A stretch of 64,000 nt of DNA, taken from the NCBI GenBank assembly GCA_964016885.1, contig OZ024742.1, positions 116,746,001-116,810,000 of the forward strand, read 5' to 3'. The position numbers and the translations under genes were made by a program. Positions within the stretch are counted from its first letter, which is position 1, and each line of letters opens with the position of its first letter. Positions 60,502-64,000 of the stretch are shown piece by piece. The notes under the pieces were generated by a model that was given only the letters and a program-made list of their open reading frames with translations, did no database searches and was not told where the DNA came from. Source of the DNA: Eledone cirrhosa. Its lineage: Eukaryota.

Positions 60502-63039
60502 GTACTTTTATTTGCTCTCTTATCTATTGGCAAGGTTTCTGTCATTTTTAAGTGATACCTAACACATATCTTTCCATACTTCCTTGTGTTGTTATAACTT
60601 TCTGTTCTATGGTGTTAATCATCAACTATGTTTCTGCTTCATCAGTCATTGCTGGTATGATACACTATCTAAACACTTCCCTTCAGGCATAGTAGTATCT
60701 TTTCATGACATTTAATTTGTCAAAGGAACACCATCCAGATTGGTCACGTCTTTTTGTCTCCACTATATCACTGTATCCCATCTTTGTTAGTTGTCCAAGT
60801 TAAATATATAATGCACCAAAAAGGGAACTGAGTGGTTAACAATTAACTGGTCTTGCCAATACCCATTAATCAGTTGCCAATTATCTATATAGTACTTTTA
60901 AATAGTCATATGTAAATGCATATTATAATTCATTGTAAGTAATATGCTATAATATTTCATAATTAATCACAATTAGTGAGCTACTATTTCAGAGAACATG
61001 TCAAAACTAGGTTGATTTTATCATATAGAGTAATATATCAAGCCTGCAAAATATCAGCCATTCACTAAAAAATGGATACATTTTTATACTTTTACAATTT
61101 TTTAAATAACAATATTTTATTTTTGTTTTGAGTAAGTTAAGATAACAGGAACCATTATTTCTTGGAAATTATTGAATACCTTTAAATAAGCATGTAATCA
61201 GTCTTCACAAATTTTTTATTAATTCTTTTTGAAAGATCAATTAAATGCATATCCTCGCAGATATATTGGAGCGCTGCTCCTCTACTTCACCACTCTTTAG
61301 CCAAGAATGTGTTATACCCATTGGACAGTCCCAAGTAATTTCCTGTTGTGTAAATCAGTACATTCAAATACTAAGAAGGGTTATAATACAGTGATGAGTA
61401 CTTTTGTTTAGTCAAAAGTAAATGCATATTATAATTCATTGTAAGTAATATACTATAATATTTCATAATTAATCACAATTATGGAGCTACTATTTCAGAG
61501 CACATGTCAAAATAAAGTAGATTTTATCCTAGGAAATAATCTGTTACCTATGTATTTCTGTATTTTGAATCTAAATGTTTTTTGTATTTCTGTCACCTAT
61601 GGTCTTCTTGCTCCAAAACAATAATGGCTGATTATCAAAACCTATTAATTGGCAAAATGTCCGAAATGGCTGATACCAATTATCTGCTCATTAATTGGTG
61701 CAACTTTTATAATTCCTCAGTTGTTTTTAATAGTATCATGCGTTTTAATACCATTACTTGAGGGTAATTGAATTAATTAAGCAGGTTAATTGGAATAGCT
61801 ACAACAACAAGGAATCAAGCTTGGGGTGGAGTTGGGTGTTGTTTCACTGATTTCATTTTCCGCAGAGTTTATCTCTAACAATACCTTACTCACTGATATT
61901 GAAGTTTAAAGTGTGAAGCAATGTTATATCAATTAAATGTATTCTTCATTTTTTTTTATTTTCATTTTTGGGATTTTTAAAAACAATTTGACACCAACTT
62001 ACTTTAAAATGTTCTTGGTACTATGATGAAAATATATATTTACTTTACAATGTGCATGTACACATTTGAATATTCTACCATCATTGTATATAAGGACTTT
62101 AAGTTGTGTTCCAAACATCAGATTAATAATGGACACATTAATCACTTGACTAAATTCTTCTAAATTCTTCATTATTCATTCTTTTTTTACTAATGAGTCA
62201 AGAGGTCATGCAAATGTCCATTTTAAATTACTCCAAGACTGGTGAAAGGGAGGGAGGAAGAAACCTCAAACTGGAGACTTTGACCAAAAGCTTGCAACAA
62301 AGTGTACTCTGCTAAAGGTGCCCAAGGAGCAGGTAGTAGCGTTATATTTGGCAACAGATTAACTCCACCATTTCAGTTTATTTGATTAGAGATGTTTCAC
62401 TAATTATTAAAATCTTAACAGTTGGTCGAACATAAAGAAACTAAATGTATATTTTGTTTGTAGATAATTTTTTTTCATTTTAGTTTTAATTTCTAAACTG
62501 CCATACCTAGATAAAATAAATATTTCTTGCCAAATGGATTTTAAATGATGAATCTTTATTTGTTTTGTTTAGTTGATTTTATTTGAAAAGATAACATTTT
62601 TTCAAATAAAATTCATATCAAATTATATCAATTATTATCTAAATTATGATCTACACATTTTAGAAATATTCCTATCTTTACATTAAAACGTGTGTTTTTT
62701 TTTTTTTAGATCTTGTATTACAATATTAAGTCTATATCATAGAAATCTCTTTCGGATAATAGTTTTTTGTTATGAAATAATGAAAAATAGAATAAAAAGT
62801 TTTGAGTTAAAAGAAGACATTTCGATATTTTAGCATGTTGTATCAGCATATAACATTGTTGCTCTTATCATTGTTGCAATAAATAAATAAATATATAAAA
62901 AACATTTTTTTCTAATGTTTTATTTTTAATGGTTTTCAAGGAATAAAGTGTAAGTAATCAGAAGAAATATCTATGATTTTTATTTCAAGAAATTCTATGA
63001 ATAAATATCTAAATAATTTATTGTTATATTTCATAGATT

Positions 63040-63071
63040 TTATCATCATTAATATTAGCATCATCATCAAC

Positions 63072-63106
<35 letters not shown>

Positions 63107-63170
63107 CATTATTATTATTATCATCATTATTATTATTATCATCATTATTATCGCTGTTGTTGTTTTTGTT
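63040..63170. repeat. (ATT/ATC)n microsatellite
   Basis: Directly visible. Confidence 0.9.
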
Positions 63171-64000
63171 ATATTATTTTCACTACTAAAAACAAATGCT
63201 GCTTAATACTTAAGAATATATGCTTAAGTATGATTGAATAGAAAAGATAATTACTAACTCTCTAACGTTTCTGACTTAGCATGTAATATTGTTGTTATTC
63301 TTCACTCACTAGAAAGATATTTTATATATATTTAATACTCAAAACTATTTACAAATTCTATTTTTTTTCTTTCTTGGAAAAAGGAAAGTTTCATACAATT
63401 TAATGATTTACCAAAAGAATAAGATATATATTGTTTTCTATCTAACATTTGCCTAATGGGGCAAGTTTGAAAAAAAAATAGTTGTTAAATGAAATCATAT
63501 TTTGAACAGTCTGATTTATTTTTCTTTCATTGGTTTCAATCATATGACTGACTGCTGCCATGCTGGATCACTGTCATCAGAGGTTTTTAGTCGATTAGCC
63601 TGCTACACATAGCAACCAAATCTCCATTAAATCATACAAAAGATACATTGATATACTAAAGAATGAGATGTCCACTTTGGGTCAGATTAAATCTGTTGCC
63701 CAGTATGAGACTTCCAACTGGCTCTTGAGTTTTTTTTTTAGCAGTTCATTCAGTCCAGGTCTCAAGCTTAATGTTAATTTCCTCCCTTCCTACCTACCTT
63801 AAAAGGGTCATGGACACTGCTATTCCTACAGTAAAAATAAACAAGGATGGAAAACCTTTAATTGTATCTCTACTCAATTATGGTCAATATGTAATGGAAG
63901 TGATAGTATATTTGTTATTACCTTTCCCCTCCTTCTTTCAAGGAATAGCTCAGCAAATCGAACAGAATTATAGTTTTACTGATATTTTGCAAGGTAGTTT

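Overview
AT-rich eukaryotic repeat-dense DNA, most likely intergenic or intronic. The SINE/RTE repertoire and very long (AT)n arrays suggest a coleoid cephalopod such as an octopus; this is inference. No host protein-coding gene is supported. The window is a mosaic of (AT)n microsatellites (a ~6.7 kb array at 3.1-9.8 kb beside a 200-N gap) carrying many retroelements. These are three subfamilies of RTE-clade LINEs whose RT contains an inserted C4HC3 PHD-type finger, an R4/Dong-type LINE in a (TAA)n tract, CR1-group LINEs, at least four Penelope-like (GIY-YIG) fragments and two tRNA-headed SINE families, one sharing its 3' tail with the RTEs. DNA elements are a Tigger/pogo transposase relic, a non-autonomous Helitron and a hAT-type MITE. 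The most notable observations are: a 325-bp near-perfect palindrome encoding a complete minimal type-I hammerhead ribozyme on each strand; further degenerate hammerheads at Penelope 3' ends; the PHD finger inside the RT; a SINE tail swap between two partner LINEs; and recurrent fold-back or stutter structures where elements join (AT)n. All long IY/YI ORFs are microsatellite artefacts. Coordinates were read by eye and element edges are approximate.
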